NCBI GenBank assembly: GCA_965203295.1 | Contig: CBDBCZ010000018.1 | Span: forward strand, 1,568,001 to 1,632,000 | DNA length: 64,000 nt | Direction: 5' to 3' | Origin: Nitrospirales bacterium | GTDB lineage: Bacteria > Nitrospirota > Nitrospiria > Nitrospirales > UBA8639 | Shown: piece after piece, positions 46,855 to 59,215 of the stretch | Layout: every line of letters starts with the position of its first letter | Position numbering within the stretch: the stretch's first letter is position 1 | Position numbers and translations under genes: made by a program | Notes under the pieces: generated by a model | The model's input: only the letters and a program-made list of their open reading frames with translations | Told to the model about the DNA's origin: nothing | Database searches by the model: none

Positions 46855-49103
46855 ATGGTTATACTCCTCGTGCTCGAAAACTGCAACGCGGTGGAGCCAA
46901 CTCCTTTCTCCGCGGCACTCTTACCTCTGGGCAGCCTAACAAGATCACAACTAATCATTCATTATGCTGATCTGGGCTACTCTACGGCAGAAATTCGAGC
47001 CTTTCTTACAGAAATTCATGGAGTGGAGATAAGGTTTGCACTAGCTATATAATTATATCTGTTATAATTTAGCTAAGTACATGTAGCTAGCTAGTCAGAG
47101 ATATTTACACACAGTTTACGACACTTGAGAAGGCTGAGGAAGTCATTGGGAGTGAACATGCGGAAGGCTAGGTACAGCTTTGATACCTATTGTGGTATAC
47201 AGGTAATCAGATAAACAGCAACTTGAATTCACATCACTAGATTGAACTCCAGGAATCCAGTGTTCTTCTTGGCTATCGTGGCTTGTGGAGAAAGCTGATT
47301 GCAAAATATAAGTTGTCTGTTCGAAGGTAGGTAATGTCTTGCTGTGTTTAAAGGTTTGGTTCATGAGAGTTTATGTCATACTTGTGCATAGGGATACAGT
47401 GATGGTTCTGCTGGCAGTTTTGAATCTGGAGCATTCGGAACAAAGAACCAAACGGAGGCTTAAGCGCCGTATCTATCGCAGCAAGGTGTTTGGCTATAGC
47501 ATGCATGCATATAGCTACAATTCAAAACTGCAATGAACAGGTGCTCATCACTTACAGGGGCCAAATTATATGTGGCATTGCGATGGATACGACAAGATAA
47601 AACCATTTGGAATAGCAATTCATGGCTGCATTGATGGGTAAGTTTTTGTACATACTGCATGGAAAGTACTGCAGTGGGTGGCTCTTGGTATACTTAGTGA
47701 ATGATTCAAATTGGATAACATTAATTCTATTGTACTACTGTAACAGATATTCCAGACGATTGATGTGGCTGAGGGCAACAAAATCTAACAACAACCCCGC
47801 TTACATAGCAAAGTACTTTGTTGACTGTGTACAAAATGTAGGTGGTAAGTTTCCTTTTCATTTTTGTATTACTGTAAGCTTATAGCATTGAGTTCACTTC
47901 AACAGGATGCCCAAGGATATTGCGCACTGACCCAGGGACTGAAAACAGCACTATAGACTAGCTGTCATCCAACCTGTTCTCCGCCACAATGGGACTGATG
48001 AATTTGCTGGTGCTGCTAGTCACTGATATGGTAAATCATTATCCAATCAGGTAAAGAAACCTTGTATAGTTTGGTGACCGTGAACAGAGAATTATTCTAT
48101 TATAATATTTTTATTAGCGAATTGAAGCATTCTGGTCCCAGCTTTGAAAGCAAAAGCTAGAATGGTGGATAACATTCTTCAAAGTTAGTTGACCAAGAAA
48201 TTAGTTCATTCCATCTTGCTGAGTTTGTGTTTCTATACACATTATAGGAATTTGAAGCTGCCGGACACTTTAACAGTGCTATTAACTATCATAAGTAAGT
48301 ATTGTATAAGTGTGCATGAAGTTTTAGTGCAGCCTTGGACCCATGCCGACTCCAGATCACTTCTAAAGAATTAAGTCCTACTTACAACTGGACATATAGT
48401 ATAAGAATTTGTTTTAAATTGTCTAAACTTGTACTAGCCTGGGTCAAAGTCTATAAAATAGGCATTTGTGTATGGACTTCGAAGGCTTAAGGTAATCCAT
48501 CCTAATTATTTTCACTCCCTTTACAGAGATGCTGTGCGTTTCTCTTTTGGCCCCATCTCCAGAAAGAGTTGGATGACTTTGCACTCTTATGGAATAATCA
48601 CAGAATTAGACATTCAAGGATGGCAGAGGTGCCTCATGGAATTCCTGAGATACTATACTTCATACCACACCAGTCAGGTGGTTCATATGTGAACTTGATT
48701 TCGGGTGATTTATTAAGCCATGCATCTTATTTATAGGTGGAGTCCAGATGAAATGTGAAGTACATTTTCAATTACTATAGACGAAATTGAACGTGATGTG
48801 TGCGAGCAGTATCCCATGATGGTATCCAACGAGTTTCAGGCTTGTGCTGAAAACATTCTTTCAAGGTTTAACCCTTTACCAACCGTAAGAAACCGCTTAA
48901 AGAAGCTGAAAAGCCTGTACAAAGTATTAACGCCTAGTATTAAACCCCCCATATAAATTCATATGGGCTTATGGGAGCTCATGACGCATATATACGTCGT
49001 TGGTTGGTAAAGAGTTAACTTAAGAATCCCTAAAACAGTCGAAGAGGCCACTGAAGTGTACTTTAGCATTACTACATTTATAGAAGCAAATCAAAATGAA
49101 TGA
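46855..49103 (+). pseudogene. IS3EU-type DDE transposase pseudogene (spliced)
   Basis: GPNYMWHCDGYDKIKPFGIAIHGCIDG, YSRRLMWL, CPRILRTDPGTEN, RIEAFWSQL, WNNHRIR. Has in-frame stops, a 5-bp insertion at ~47955 and a MITE in the last exon. Confidence 0.88.
48872..49014. mobile_element. piggyBac-type MITE
   Basis: TTAA-CCCTTTACCAACC...GGTTGGTAAAGAG-TTAA. Removing it restores the reading ILSRFNLRIPKTVEEA. Confidence 0.8.
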
Positions 49104-49210
49104 AATTTCATGGACTGCAATGTCATAAATCACGAACAGGTATGATAACTCTAGAGCTAAACGTCAGAACAAAGTTGCGGTATATATGGGGCTGCTCTCC
49201 ATATACTAAA

Positions 49211-50025
49211 CTACATCATGTCATCATTCCAGGCATAACCAAATCCATTTATGTCACATCTCGGACACAACAACTGGGGGTCCGCATAAAAGAAGTCCAT
49301 TCCATCGGGCATCTTGCAGAGAGTTTCCGGAATGTATGTCCGAAATTCATTATGACACTCCTCATGATCACATCGTTCTTGGACAAAGGTGGTATGACCT
49401 ATAAAAAAAAGTGGTCTGACTACAGGGAATGTCTAACAGACCTCACTCATGCCAACATTATTAAGAGACAAAAGGTTCAACATGGACGTGATTACATACC
49501 ATATTGATATAAAGGGATATTAGTTACAAAATTTAATGCAAGTCAACCCCCACCCTCTCCCCTGAACAATTTTCTCATAAAAAAGTATAATACAGCTTAC
49601 TTTTTCACACTATATTCACGTAAGTAGAAATCATACATGTAGAAGTGGTCATTGCACTTACGAACTGGCTGTGCTGAAGTACTAAGAGGGACGAGTGGTG
49701 GGGGACCATGAGAGGGAAATTTGGGTTGCTGGTTAGATGGAGACTTTGGCTGTTGGTTAGATGTTTGGCGGCTAGGTGGAGAATGTGACCGGCGGTGAGA
49801 CGATTGGCGGCTTGGTGGAGAACGTGACCGGCGGTGACACGATTGGCGGCTTGGTGGAGAACGTGACCGGTGGGGAGCTGACTGGTGGAGAGATGATGAC
49901 TCTATAGACTCGCAACGGGATGCTACCTTGCGGACCGAGAGTGATGGTGCAGGGATGGACCGGGGGAAGAGTCATCATCAGTGTCACTGTCTTCACTGTC
50001 ATCCTTACTTGATGGAATAATGCTC
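49211..50025 (-). pseudogene. 3' exons of the partner gene of the second IS3EU element: RS/Pro-rich repeats and a C-terminal Cys4 motif
   Basis: 39-bp repeats encode HRRSRSPPSRQS. This exon splices in frame to RHTTFVQERCDHEECHNEF...QLLCPRCDINGFGYAWNDDMM*. Confidence 0.55.
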
Positions 50026-50105
50026 TACAAAATAATGACATCCAATATAAAAAATTGTAGAGACTTAGATCACAGCAAATGATCTAATAACTAGCTCTAT
50101 CCTAA

Positions 50106-50156
50106 TTGCCAAATGTTTCGACTGCCATACAGCAGTATTCTCGGAGTCAGTGGCAA
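50106..50156 (-). ncRNA. Degenerate hammerhead-like motif
   Basis: Minus strand reads TTGCCA-CTGA(ctccg)AGAA-TACTGC-TGTATG-GCAGTC-GAAACATT-TGGCAA. Stems I and II are present, but the core is disrupted by an insertion. Confidence 0.45.
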
Positions 50157-50261
50157 ATGACAAAAATTCACTACAGACTATGCCAGTGAGCAGTGACAAG
50201 CATACAAAAATAGCGGGAGAATGCTCTCCTCGTATCTATCGAGAGATCAAACTCTCAGACA

Positions 50262-51144
50262 GGTTTCTCGTATGACAGGCAGGATCTATGGAATTTACCT
50301 ACAGCAATGCGTCAGACTCCAATCGACATAATAACGCGAGATGTACAGAGGAATTCTAGCCTCAAGGAGCTCGAATTTAACGATGTCTGGACTGCTACTC
50401 TTGACGGGACGTTTTCGAACAATGGTCTAACCCCCCGGTTTGTTGCCTCTACTGGTGGAACGGCTACCGTTCGCAATCACCTTGACCTCCTCAATTTTCA
50501 CCTGCACTGGGGACGCGAAAATGACCACGGTACGGGGCATCGCATAAACGGAGAAGAATTCGGACTGGAGGTCCACTTTGTGACCTTATTACAAGGAGAA
50601 GGCTCAGTAAACCTTAGTAACACAAGTCGCGGTGACCTTATTTCTGTCATAAGTGTGCTCGCAGAAGTGGATGATACTGCTGAAATTTTAGGAGTCTGGG
50701 AGAAACTCAACATCTATGCGATTATCGGGGCTGGAAACAGTACTGCAGTAACTGGATTGAGTTATCCCTCAGTTTTGCCAGAGAATAGCGACTACTACTA
50801 CTATCCAGGTTCTCAAACGAGCCCACCTTGCTATGAATTTGTACAGTGGTTCGTGTTGCAGAACAGGATCAAAATGCCAAGACCTTTCTTGGAACAACTG
50901 CGAACAGTTCGGAACTTTAATGATGAGCCTATTACACTTAACAACAGAGATGCCCAGCCTCTCAATGGCCGTATTGTATCCGTTCTTCCCTCCTCATTAG
51001 CGCTTGATCTTGTCTTTATAAACGACACCCCACAAGTCAACGGCAGTGGTATTCTCCATGCTAAGTTTGCTACCAATATGCCTGGAACTGATATCTTTCT
51101 CACATGTCGTCTGGAAGGCCCTAGTGGCACTATCACGCAGGATT
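50262..51144 (+). CDS. Alpha-carbonic anhydrase domain exon followed by the start of a beta-rich C-terminal domain; 5' end and downstream exons not found
   Basis: FSY..Q..W...RQTPIDI, NNG, FHLHWG..GTGH..NG..LEVHFV (three Zn-binding His), YYYYPGSQTSPPCYEFVQW, NNRDAQPLNGR. Splice donor GTAAGC at 51145. Confidence 0.88.
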
Positions 51145-51399
51145 GTAAGCATTCATGCTGTATATATATATTATTACACGAGTGAGCGGGTAGCTGGAGA
51201 GGGTCACAGGAGCCTGTCAGTCAAGTTTAATGTCTAGTTATACCTGTACATGTAGTCAATTTGATTTTATGAGAACGATTGCAACAAAATAGCAGATGTT
51301 GACTCCATTTAGTCTTGTAATGTATTATGTATTCATTCTTGAGTTAATCCAATACTTTTTTGTAGCCTCATTTTCGAGGCATACAATTTTGAGAGGCAC

Positions 51400-51970
51400 T
51401 ACCTATTTACCTTCTCCTGTGGACAACCAACTTGCAAACATCTGTATATAAAAAGAGTGTTAATTACTTAATTATGTCTTTTATCATGTGTAGTCTTTGG
51501 CCTGACTGACAGTCGCATGAGTTCCATGACATCCCTTGGAGCAAGGTAGAAGTGGAGAAGTCTACATCTTCAGAAACATAAGGTCTGGATCGTCAGCTAT
51601 ACTCAACATGTGAGTTCAAATACAGTTAATCCAATACTTTTTTGGGTGGGGGGGGGGGGGGAGGGGGGGTGTTTGTCCAGGGCAATAGGCAAATAGCAGA
51701 AACTGTGTAAACTGTTAGCTTTTGATTATGACAGCCTAACCTAGTTAGGAACCTGAGAGTCACTACCCATTTGCCTTCTCTTGTGGACAACCAACTTGCA
51801 AACCTCCCTATATGAATATATTATTGAACTGAGAGTTTTAAGAGTGTTAATTAATAATCATGTCTTTTATCATGTGCAGTCTTTGACCTGACTGACAGTC
51901 GCATGAGTTCCATGACATCCCTTGGAGCAAGGTAGAAGTGGAGAAGTCTACATCTTCAGAAAAATAAGGT
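51400..51970. repeat. Local direct duplication (~190 bp)
   Basis: CCTTCTC.TGTGGACAACCAACTTGCAAAC...GAAGTCTACATCTTCAGAAA at ~51410-51580 and ~51775-51965. Confidence 0.85.
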
Positions 51971-53759
51971 CAGAATGTCTTGCAAGCTAGGCTTTGTGGG
52001 GCTCATGCTTCTGGATGTGAGAAATATTCTAATGTGTGAAAGCAGTGAGACCACAGTCAATAGCTATGCTGTTGAAATAAGTATGCCAATGCATTTTCAG
52101 TACATGTAGAATCATCCAGCCAACTCACTAAACTGGGAGTAGCCAGTTAGGAAGATGGTATTTACTAGCATGACTTTCATTTATGGCTACAAAGAAAAGT
52201 TTGATTGCTGCCAACTGCATGCATTTTGTGGGCATTTATCAATAGAAAGGCCATTAGCCAGATGGTCCCAGCCTGTCTCTGCATGGTATATTGTGCTAAA
52301 GGTGAGTAAGGACAATTGTTTGTGGGTACAGTAAATTTATGACATAGAGTGCTACAACTGACTTGAAGCAAGCAAATTAGTTACAGGTAGCTAGGTGCTG
52401 AAGGATGGCTACTGGAGCAATTACGTCCAGTGTACACTTCAAAGAACTGAATTGTTACTGTCACGCTTTGGTTCGAAAAGATAATGTTTTCACTTGTTAC
52501 ATACGTATCGCACTTCTTAGTTAGGTTCTGTTTCTGTATTAGATGTATTATGACCTCCTGGCAGACCAGCCTCTTGGCTGAAGGAGCTTCATTAGAATTT
52601 ACCTACAGTGTTGCTAGGCTGCAGGAAAACACTCATGGTATTACTGGTAACTGTCTGCATCTAGCCTAGAACCCAGCTGTCCCAGCTACTGGTTTGAATT
52701 AGTAATAAGGTGTATAACCTGCATACACACTTGGCGGACCTGTTAAACTTGTATGGTAGCTTGCTACATTGACACGGATGTGTCTCTACGTATATATAAT
52801 AAGCCAATATGAACACGTGTCCAGAGTCCGCATTTGCTCAGCCCCCATCGTATTCTAGTTGTGACTGTATTAAAAATGTGGACTCTATCGTCGGTAAATA
52901 AGAAATGTGATGAATAGAACCGTCCCTAGTTCACATATATTCATTTTTTAGGGGATTTCAATGTAACTGTTGGGTTTAGCAATCACTTAACAGTATAAAT
53001 CGCGAGAAAGAGACAGACTGAACCAAGTGACAGGTAACAAAGTAAATGCCAGCATACACAGTACCACTGTTGCAGTCTAGGGGGATATAAACCTTACAGT
53101 TGTACATATTCTACAGGTCGTGAAACATTAGTTAGCTCTAAGGGACTCATTTAACTACAGCTGATATGGGGCCATTGAACCAGGTGTAATCCTACTCCAA
53201 TAATTGGAGCTTGCATAGTCTATGAATGTGACATCCAAGCTGGAGTGTGAGACATGTGCCATGCTGGTTGATGCTGTGAAGAATACAGGAAGGTTGCCAG
53301 TAGTTGTAATACACCTGGATACACTGCATGCATTCTTCCCATCAATGCCCTGTTTATTAGCTTGCTGGGTACGTATATAGCTTCTGGTAACGTCATGAAT
53401 TGCCTGCATGACAATAGGAACGAGCATGTCATCAGTGACATTACTCCAATTATTTGAACTTTGAGGTTAGATCATCAAACTGGGTGGTTTCTTAATAAAA
53501 GTATCCTATGTTCTTTATCTATCTGATGGCCCATGGGATTTCTTGAACCACTAAGGCTGAGTAACTAAGACATATAAGTGAGCAACAACAGCCAGAGCAA
53601 TATACAGATGCTTAAAGTACAATTTTAGCTTTGAGATACACATGTACAGCTAGATTTTCATCATGAAACCATGTTTGTCAGCCTATCTAGATGTACAGCT
53701 TCTGGAAACCTTCATGAATTCACTATCACGTATATAAAACAAAGCCCGCCCTCTCCTAA

Positions 53760-54090
53760 TTATTGAGTACACTAAACTCTTTAAAATCTTCCACCAACAG
53801 ATTGTCTAAGTCTTCCATGAAAGTATTTCTAATAGTATCATACACAGGACACTCCCAGAGCACATATACCATTCTTCCCCACATAACTTACACTGCCTAT
53901 CATCATTTTTACTCCTGATATCTTCATTCAGACCATTAGTACCAGACCTAAACTTAACATCAATCGCGTTCCTGAGTTTAACTTTACTATGTAAGCCATC
54001 ATTAAAGTCTTTATATTCTCTGTATCTCAATGCTTCATCTACTCTCTCTAAAAGCAAGGCTACATCATAATCTAGGAACCTTACCAAAGC
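53760..54090 (-). pseudogene. LINE ORF2 3' fragment (post-RT region with zinc-finger remnant)
   Basis: KFRSGTNGLNEDIRSKNDDRQCKLCGEE..; degraded. Confidence 0.6.
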
Positions 54091-54453
54091 TGTAGCACCC
54101 TTGGTGTTATGTCTGCAGGACTTGTATACAGTCTGGCCTGTAGTACTGTGTGGAAGAGATATACAGCTGGGTCCCGATTTTTTCTGGATTTCTTTACTCT
54201 CTCAGAAAGCTTTCTTCTCTTGAAGAGTTCACAATGTGAGTACTTAGTTTTCAGTTCTGTGTCTTTGGTGGTTTAATTACCCCGGCAGACTGATTCAGGC
54301 TAAGTTTGGGTGTAGCATGTTTCTCGTGTTTAGATGGGGGAGAGGCCTATAATGAGAGAGTAATTACAGTTGGAATTGGCTGGGTCCTACTGACAAGTGC
54401 TACTAGCAGGTTTAGTGGCTACATAAAGCTTGCCTACTGCTCCTCTGCCAAGG

Positions 54454-54529
54454 GGCCTCCAGTAGCTCAATTGGTAAGAGCATCTGACTAGTATTCAGAA
54501 GGTCCTGGGTTCAATCCCCAGCTGGGTCC
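54454..54529 (+). tRNA. tRNA-Thr(AGT)-like sequence within a dispersed repeat (SINE-like or pseudo-tRNA)
   Basis: A box TAGCTCAATTGG; D stem GCTC/GAGC; anticodon arm TCTGA-CTAGTAT-TCAGA; T arm CTGGG-TTCAATC-CCCAG; imperfect acceptor stem. Flanks are shared with the copy at 63149. Confidence 0.7.
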
Positions 54530-55014
54530 CGATTTTTTCGGGATTTCTTTACTCTCTCAGAAAGCTTTCTTCTCTTGAAGAGTTCACAATGGTATTGTTG
54601 TTGTTACTGATATCAATGCTAGCTAGCCTTCCATATTACTTGTAGCAACATTGCATATATATGCTGAAAATCATGCATGCAGTACTGCTACTGTTCTGTG
54701 CAGATAATTATACTTACACTTGTGCTATTATGTGATCACAAAATCTGGTTTGTTTTCTTCATTGAAACTCATCAGTGATATGATGAAAATGATGTCGCTT
54801 GTCATAGTAATCTGATCCCACCCCTTTAATTGGGGTAAGTCATGGCTATATACCCTTACGTCATGCATGTACACAAATTCTAAATGGAGGTGGTTCCCGA
54901 AACCTTCTCCAGTTACTATGTTGAGTCCCTTGATAGCAGATGAAAGACTCAAAAATGTACGACATGTCATTGACAAGTATTGTAGTCCCAAAACACTACG
55001 TCGAGGTCTATACC

Positions 55015-55096
55015 TAGCCTCGTTCCCAGGCTCTACTGACCAGCTTTTTTCGCACGTAGTAAAATAAGCGGTCAGTAGAGCCCGGGAACGAGGCTA
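55015..55096. mobile_element. Academ-type MITE (82 bp)
   Basis: TAGCCTCGTTCCCAGGCTCTACTGACC...GGTCAGTAGAGCCCGGGAACGAGGCTA, with 9-bp TSD GTCTATACC. Confidence 0.9.
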
Positions 55097-55589
55097 GTCT
55101 ATACCTACATACTCTGACATCTACAATTCATGGAGTCAACATATTCTTTGCAGTGAAGAGCTACATTCTTTTTCATACACTCATGCACTTTAAAGTGCCT
55201 TTTGTTCAAAGCATGTACTTTCCAGTACTCGATTTTAGGTTGGCCCACTATGGCTCTCAGCCCTTCAAATTATCTCCAGATTACTTGTAGCAACATTGCA
55301 TATTATATGCTGAAACATGCATGCAGTACTGCTATTGTTCTATGCAAATATATTTACACTAGTGCTATTATGTATTCACAAAATCTGTTTTGTTTTAAAA
55401 ACTTATTTCGTTGATAGTCATCAGTGATGTAATGAAAATGATGTCACTTATAGTAATCTGATACCACCCCTTTAATTGGGGTAAGTCATGGCTATATACC
55501 CTCACGTCATGTAGAATGTGAGAATATTTTAAAAGGAAAATCAGTTGTCAATCTCATACAATCATAGCATTGCTATTGCAAGAAGTGGT

Positions 55590-57440
55590 ATGGCTCTCAC
55601 AACGTTGTTTGCTCTTCTGAGTGTGTTGGTGATAGTTGAAGGAAGTATCACTCAATGGAATACTGGCTACAACGATAATTCACATTGTTCTGATACTTGG
55701 TTCTTCACAAGACAGTTCGACAATGGAAGCACTGCTTGTGAGTGTGGTAGTGATCTTGGAAAAGTAATAAGATGTGATGAAGCTTCTGGTCAGGTAAAAG
55801 TATTTGAAATCTACTGTATGTGTTATGACAATGATAACATATCTCTGGTAGTTGGAAAGTGCTACTTTGGTTCCCGTCATACATTTCACAATGAAAACTT
55901 ATCTAAGTGGTATTCTCTGCCATCTGATCCTTCTCTATTAAATCAAAGATGTGATAGTTATGGTCGAACAGGGCAGCTGTGTGGCAAGTGGGTACGCACC
56001 ACCAGTGTATTCATACAGTCTCAGTTGTGTAGAGTGTGCAGACTACAGCTATAACTGGATGAAGTATGTGGCAGCTGCATTTTGACCACTTACAGTATTC
56101 TTTCTTGTGGTGATCATTTTTTGAGTAAGTGTAACTGCAGGACTATTGGATGTTTTTATTTTATTCAGCCAGTTGATAACTTTTTCTGCTGCAATGCACC
56201 CACTTTATTTTAACCGTTGGAAACAACAGGCTGCTACCTTAGCTGTGTTCAGTTTAGTATCAATATATGGCATTTGGAATTTAGACTTCTTCCGCCTGCT
56301 GTATCCACCATTTTGTATGCACCCTAAGACAACCACACTCCATGTCTTAATTCTAGACTATGCCATAGCTGTCTACCCTCTTGTTCTAATTGTTACTTAT
56401 ATTTTGGTTGAGCTTCACGATCACAATTTTAGATTAATTGTATGGCTCTGGAAACCTTTTCATCGTTGTTTTGTTAGTTTTAGAAGAGAGTGGAATATTA
56501 AAAGCTCTTTGATAGATGCCTTCTGTACTTTTCTTTTGCTTTCATATTTTAAGTTTCTTAGTGTGTCATTTGATGTTTTGGTTCCTGTGAGTATCTTCAA
56601 TATTCATGAAGAGAGAAACGAAAAGTATTACCTCCTCTTTGATGGATCAGTGGTCCATACTTTGGCCCAGAACACCTCCCATTTGGCATACTGGCACTTG
56701 CAGTGCTTCTTGTGTTTAATATCCTTCCTTTGGTGATGTTGTGCCTGTATCCGTGTCGGTGCTTTCAGAGGTGTCCAAATTATTGCAGAATTCGAGGGGA
56801 AATACTTCATATATTTATGGATTCATTTCAGGGTTGCTACAAGAACCGGACAAATAATACTTGTGACTGTCGGTGGTTTTCAGCATTATATCTGATAATA
56901 CGAATTGCTTTGAGTGTAGTATATGGCATGTTTCCAAGTAATAGGTTCATGATACCATGCGCCATTTTCTTATTGCTTGTTTTACTATTTCTACTTGCTG
57001 TACTCCATCCTTATAAGTTCCCTGCTCATAATATTATCATCATATGTCTGCTTTTTATAGTATGCCTATTTGGTGTTTCAAGCACTGCTGATGTTATAGC
57101 ATACAGTACAGATTCTTTTTTTGTACAACACAACATTAGGAAACTAACAGATTACATAACCACAATATTTTCTGTAATTCCACTCTTGTTTTTAATTACC
57201 CTAATGTTGTATAAATGCTTCAGTCATCGAAGATGCACTAAAAAAATCTGTCAAAGGAGCTGTGCTTTAATGCCGTGTGGAGGTTGTAGTGCAGTGGCTC
57301 ACTCAGGCTCAGAGGAATCACTGGCAGACAGGATCGTCAATGCAGAGCAGTATACAGCCCTCCTCTCTGAACCGTTCAATGAAAGTGAGGAGTCTGATGG
57401 TGGTATGCATGGCATTGAGTCAGATACTATCAAATTTTGA
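55590..57440 (+). pseudogene. Intronless membrane protein: signal peptide, Cys-rich ectodomain and multiple TM helices; broken by frameshifts and stops
   Basis: MALTTLFALLSVLVIVEG; CECG..IRC; GRTGQLCGK; YGIWNLDFFR; FMDSFQGCYK..DCRWFSALYL. Split across three ORFs. Confidence 0.8.
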
Positions 57441-58813
57441 TGCTGATGTTGTATTTGTGTGGTACTAGGTTAATTGTTGAATTGTACGTACATTTACCAT
57501 TAATTAATGATGTATTTACTTAAAATGAGCATTGAGCCAGACATTGATGATAAAATTGTTTTTGCTGTATTAAAGGGTTGTCAAGTTGTGTTTGAATTGT
57601 ACAATTATATACCAATTGATATTCCCAAATTCAAGTGTGTAATGTACTGCGTAAAATCCCCATTTGAGGGGGTCATTGTTTTGGTCTCTTTTATATTTTC
57701 CAGACTTAAAATAAGTCAAATTGAGATATTATTTCGCCACATAGCCAAGTATCCTCACGCAAATCTTTGCCATTGTAAAAAAATCTGTGTTGTATTTATA
57801 CAATTTGCCTGTTATCCTATTATATTGCTGTAGTTTTCATGTATGTAGTACTCACATACACAAACAGTGGACCATGAGCTTTAAAATACAAGAGTGGGCA
57901 GTAATGAGGATCTTTGAATCAACATTACTTTTCTTGGCCTTGATGCTAGGCTGGAGCGCCCCCTCCCCCAGTTGTACAAGTTAGTCTAGCTAGTTGGCAG
58001 CAATTGGAGTTTCCACAGCAAAACCCAAACTACGAAACAGTAATGAAGCACGCCATATTTGGATCAGGGAAATAATAAGGCAATAAAATGAGATGATTGC
58101 TGCTGCATGTAGCAGCTATTGTTGTTTTCTCTGCATTTTTCATTCATCCTGTGTAGTTGTTATTGAAACAGCAATTAATAATTCAGTTAAGAATCACCAG
58201 TCTTGACTACACTTTCGCTAAAATTGGAAATTAGCAGTATATAGTTAGAAGTTTGCTGGGTTACTAACTAGCTATTTTTTTTATTTAAACACCGTAGTTA
58301 TCATAGCTCTTATGAATGTGGTAGTGTACTTGGAGGTGCAGTGTTGTGGTGATAATGATATCTATGTCTATGTATGAATGAGGATATTTTGGGTAAGCAC
58401 TTATGATTTACCATGCTTTCGTAAGTTGATGCAGTTATATACAGAAGTGTGTTTCAAGCCACTATGCATTAAGAAATTAAACCATGGCAAATGGTCAGTA
58501 TGGAAGAGTAGGGGAGTCACCAAAATTCCATACTGCAAATAGAGACGAAGGTGAATGGTACACATTCGAATTAAGCATGACTCACACCTGAATCCAATAC
58601 AGGCAGGGTTTCCAGAACCGTGCACACACCTATCCTAAAATTACGATTGTTAGTGTAGTGTAAACAACAACACATTTAGTGTACTTCATCATACAATCAA
58701 TTAAATTGCTTTAAAGAAGCTTTACCAAGCAACTATGTATGCAAGGCTGTTTTCCGTCAAATGAGCTTAATGAAAGGAAAATCAGTTGTCGATCTTTGTG
58801 TTGTGGTACCATG

Positions 58814-59215
58814 CATGGCTCTAGTGATTGCTCTTCTCAGTGTGTTGGTGATAGTTGAAGGAAGTACTACCACTCAATGGCAGAACAAGCAAGTATATCA
58901 CCACTCTATGAATACTAGTGGTAATGATTCTTCAAACTGTTCTAATACTTGGTTCTTCACAAGGCAGTTTGATAATAGGAGCAGTGCTTGTAAGTGTGGT
59001 AGTGATCTTAGAGAAGTAATAATGTGATGAAGCGAATTCGAAATCAAACACTGCATAATTATAATAATGGATTCGTTTCAGGGTTGCTACAAGAATCGGA
59101 CAAGTAATACTTGTGACTGTCGGTGGTTTTCAGTATTATATCTGATGATACAGATTACTTTTGTTGTATTATATGGAATACTTCCAAGTAACCATTTTGT
59201 GATACTGTGGATCAT
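58814..59215 (+). pseudogene. Internally deleted paralog of the 55590 membrane protein gene, truncated by a LINE
   Basis: ALLSVLVIVEGS..TWFFTRQFDN..CKCGSDL is joined almost directly to MDSFQGCYKNRTSNTCDCRWFS. Confidence 0.8.

Larger units (their letters stand above)
46497..50040. mobile_element. Second IS3EU-type transposon, decayed and lacking a recognisable right TIR
   Basis: Left end TACGGTGGCCGAGAGCGGCC followed by (CGTTCA/CGTTCG)n, then a transposase pseudogene and a convergent partner gene. Confidence 0.75.

Noticed and set aside
54454..54529. Functional tRNA-Thr gene
   Set aside because: The acceptor stem is imperfect and the sequence is embedded in a dispersed repeat whose second copy is degenerate; kept only as tRNA-like.
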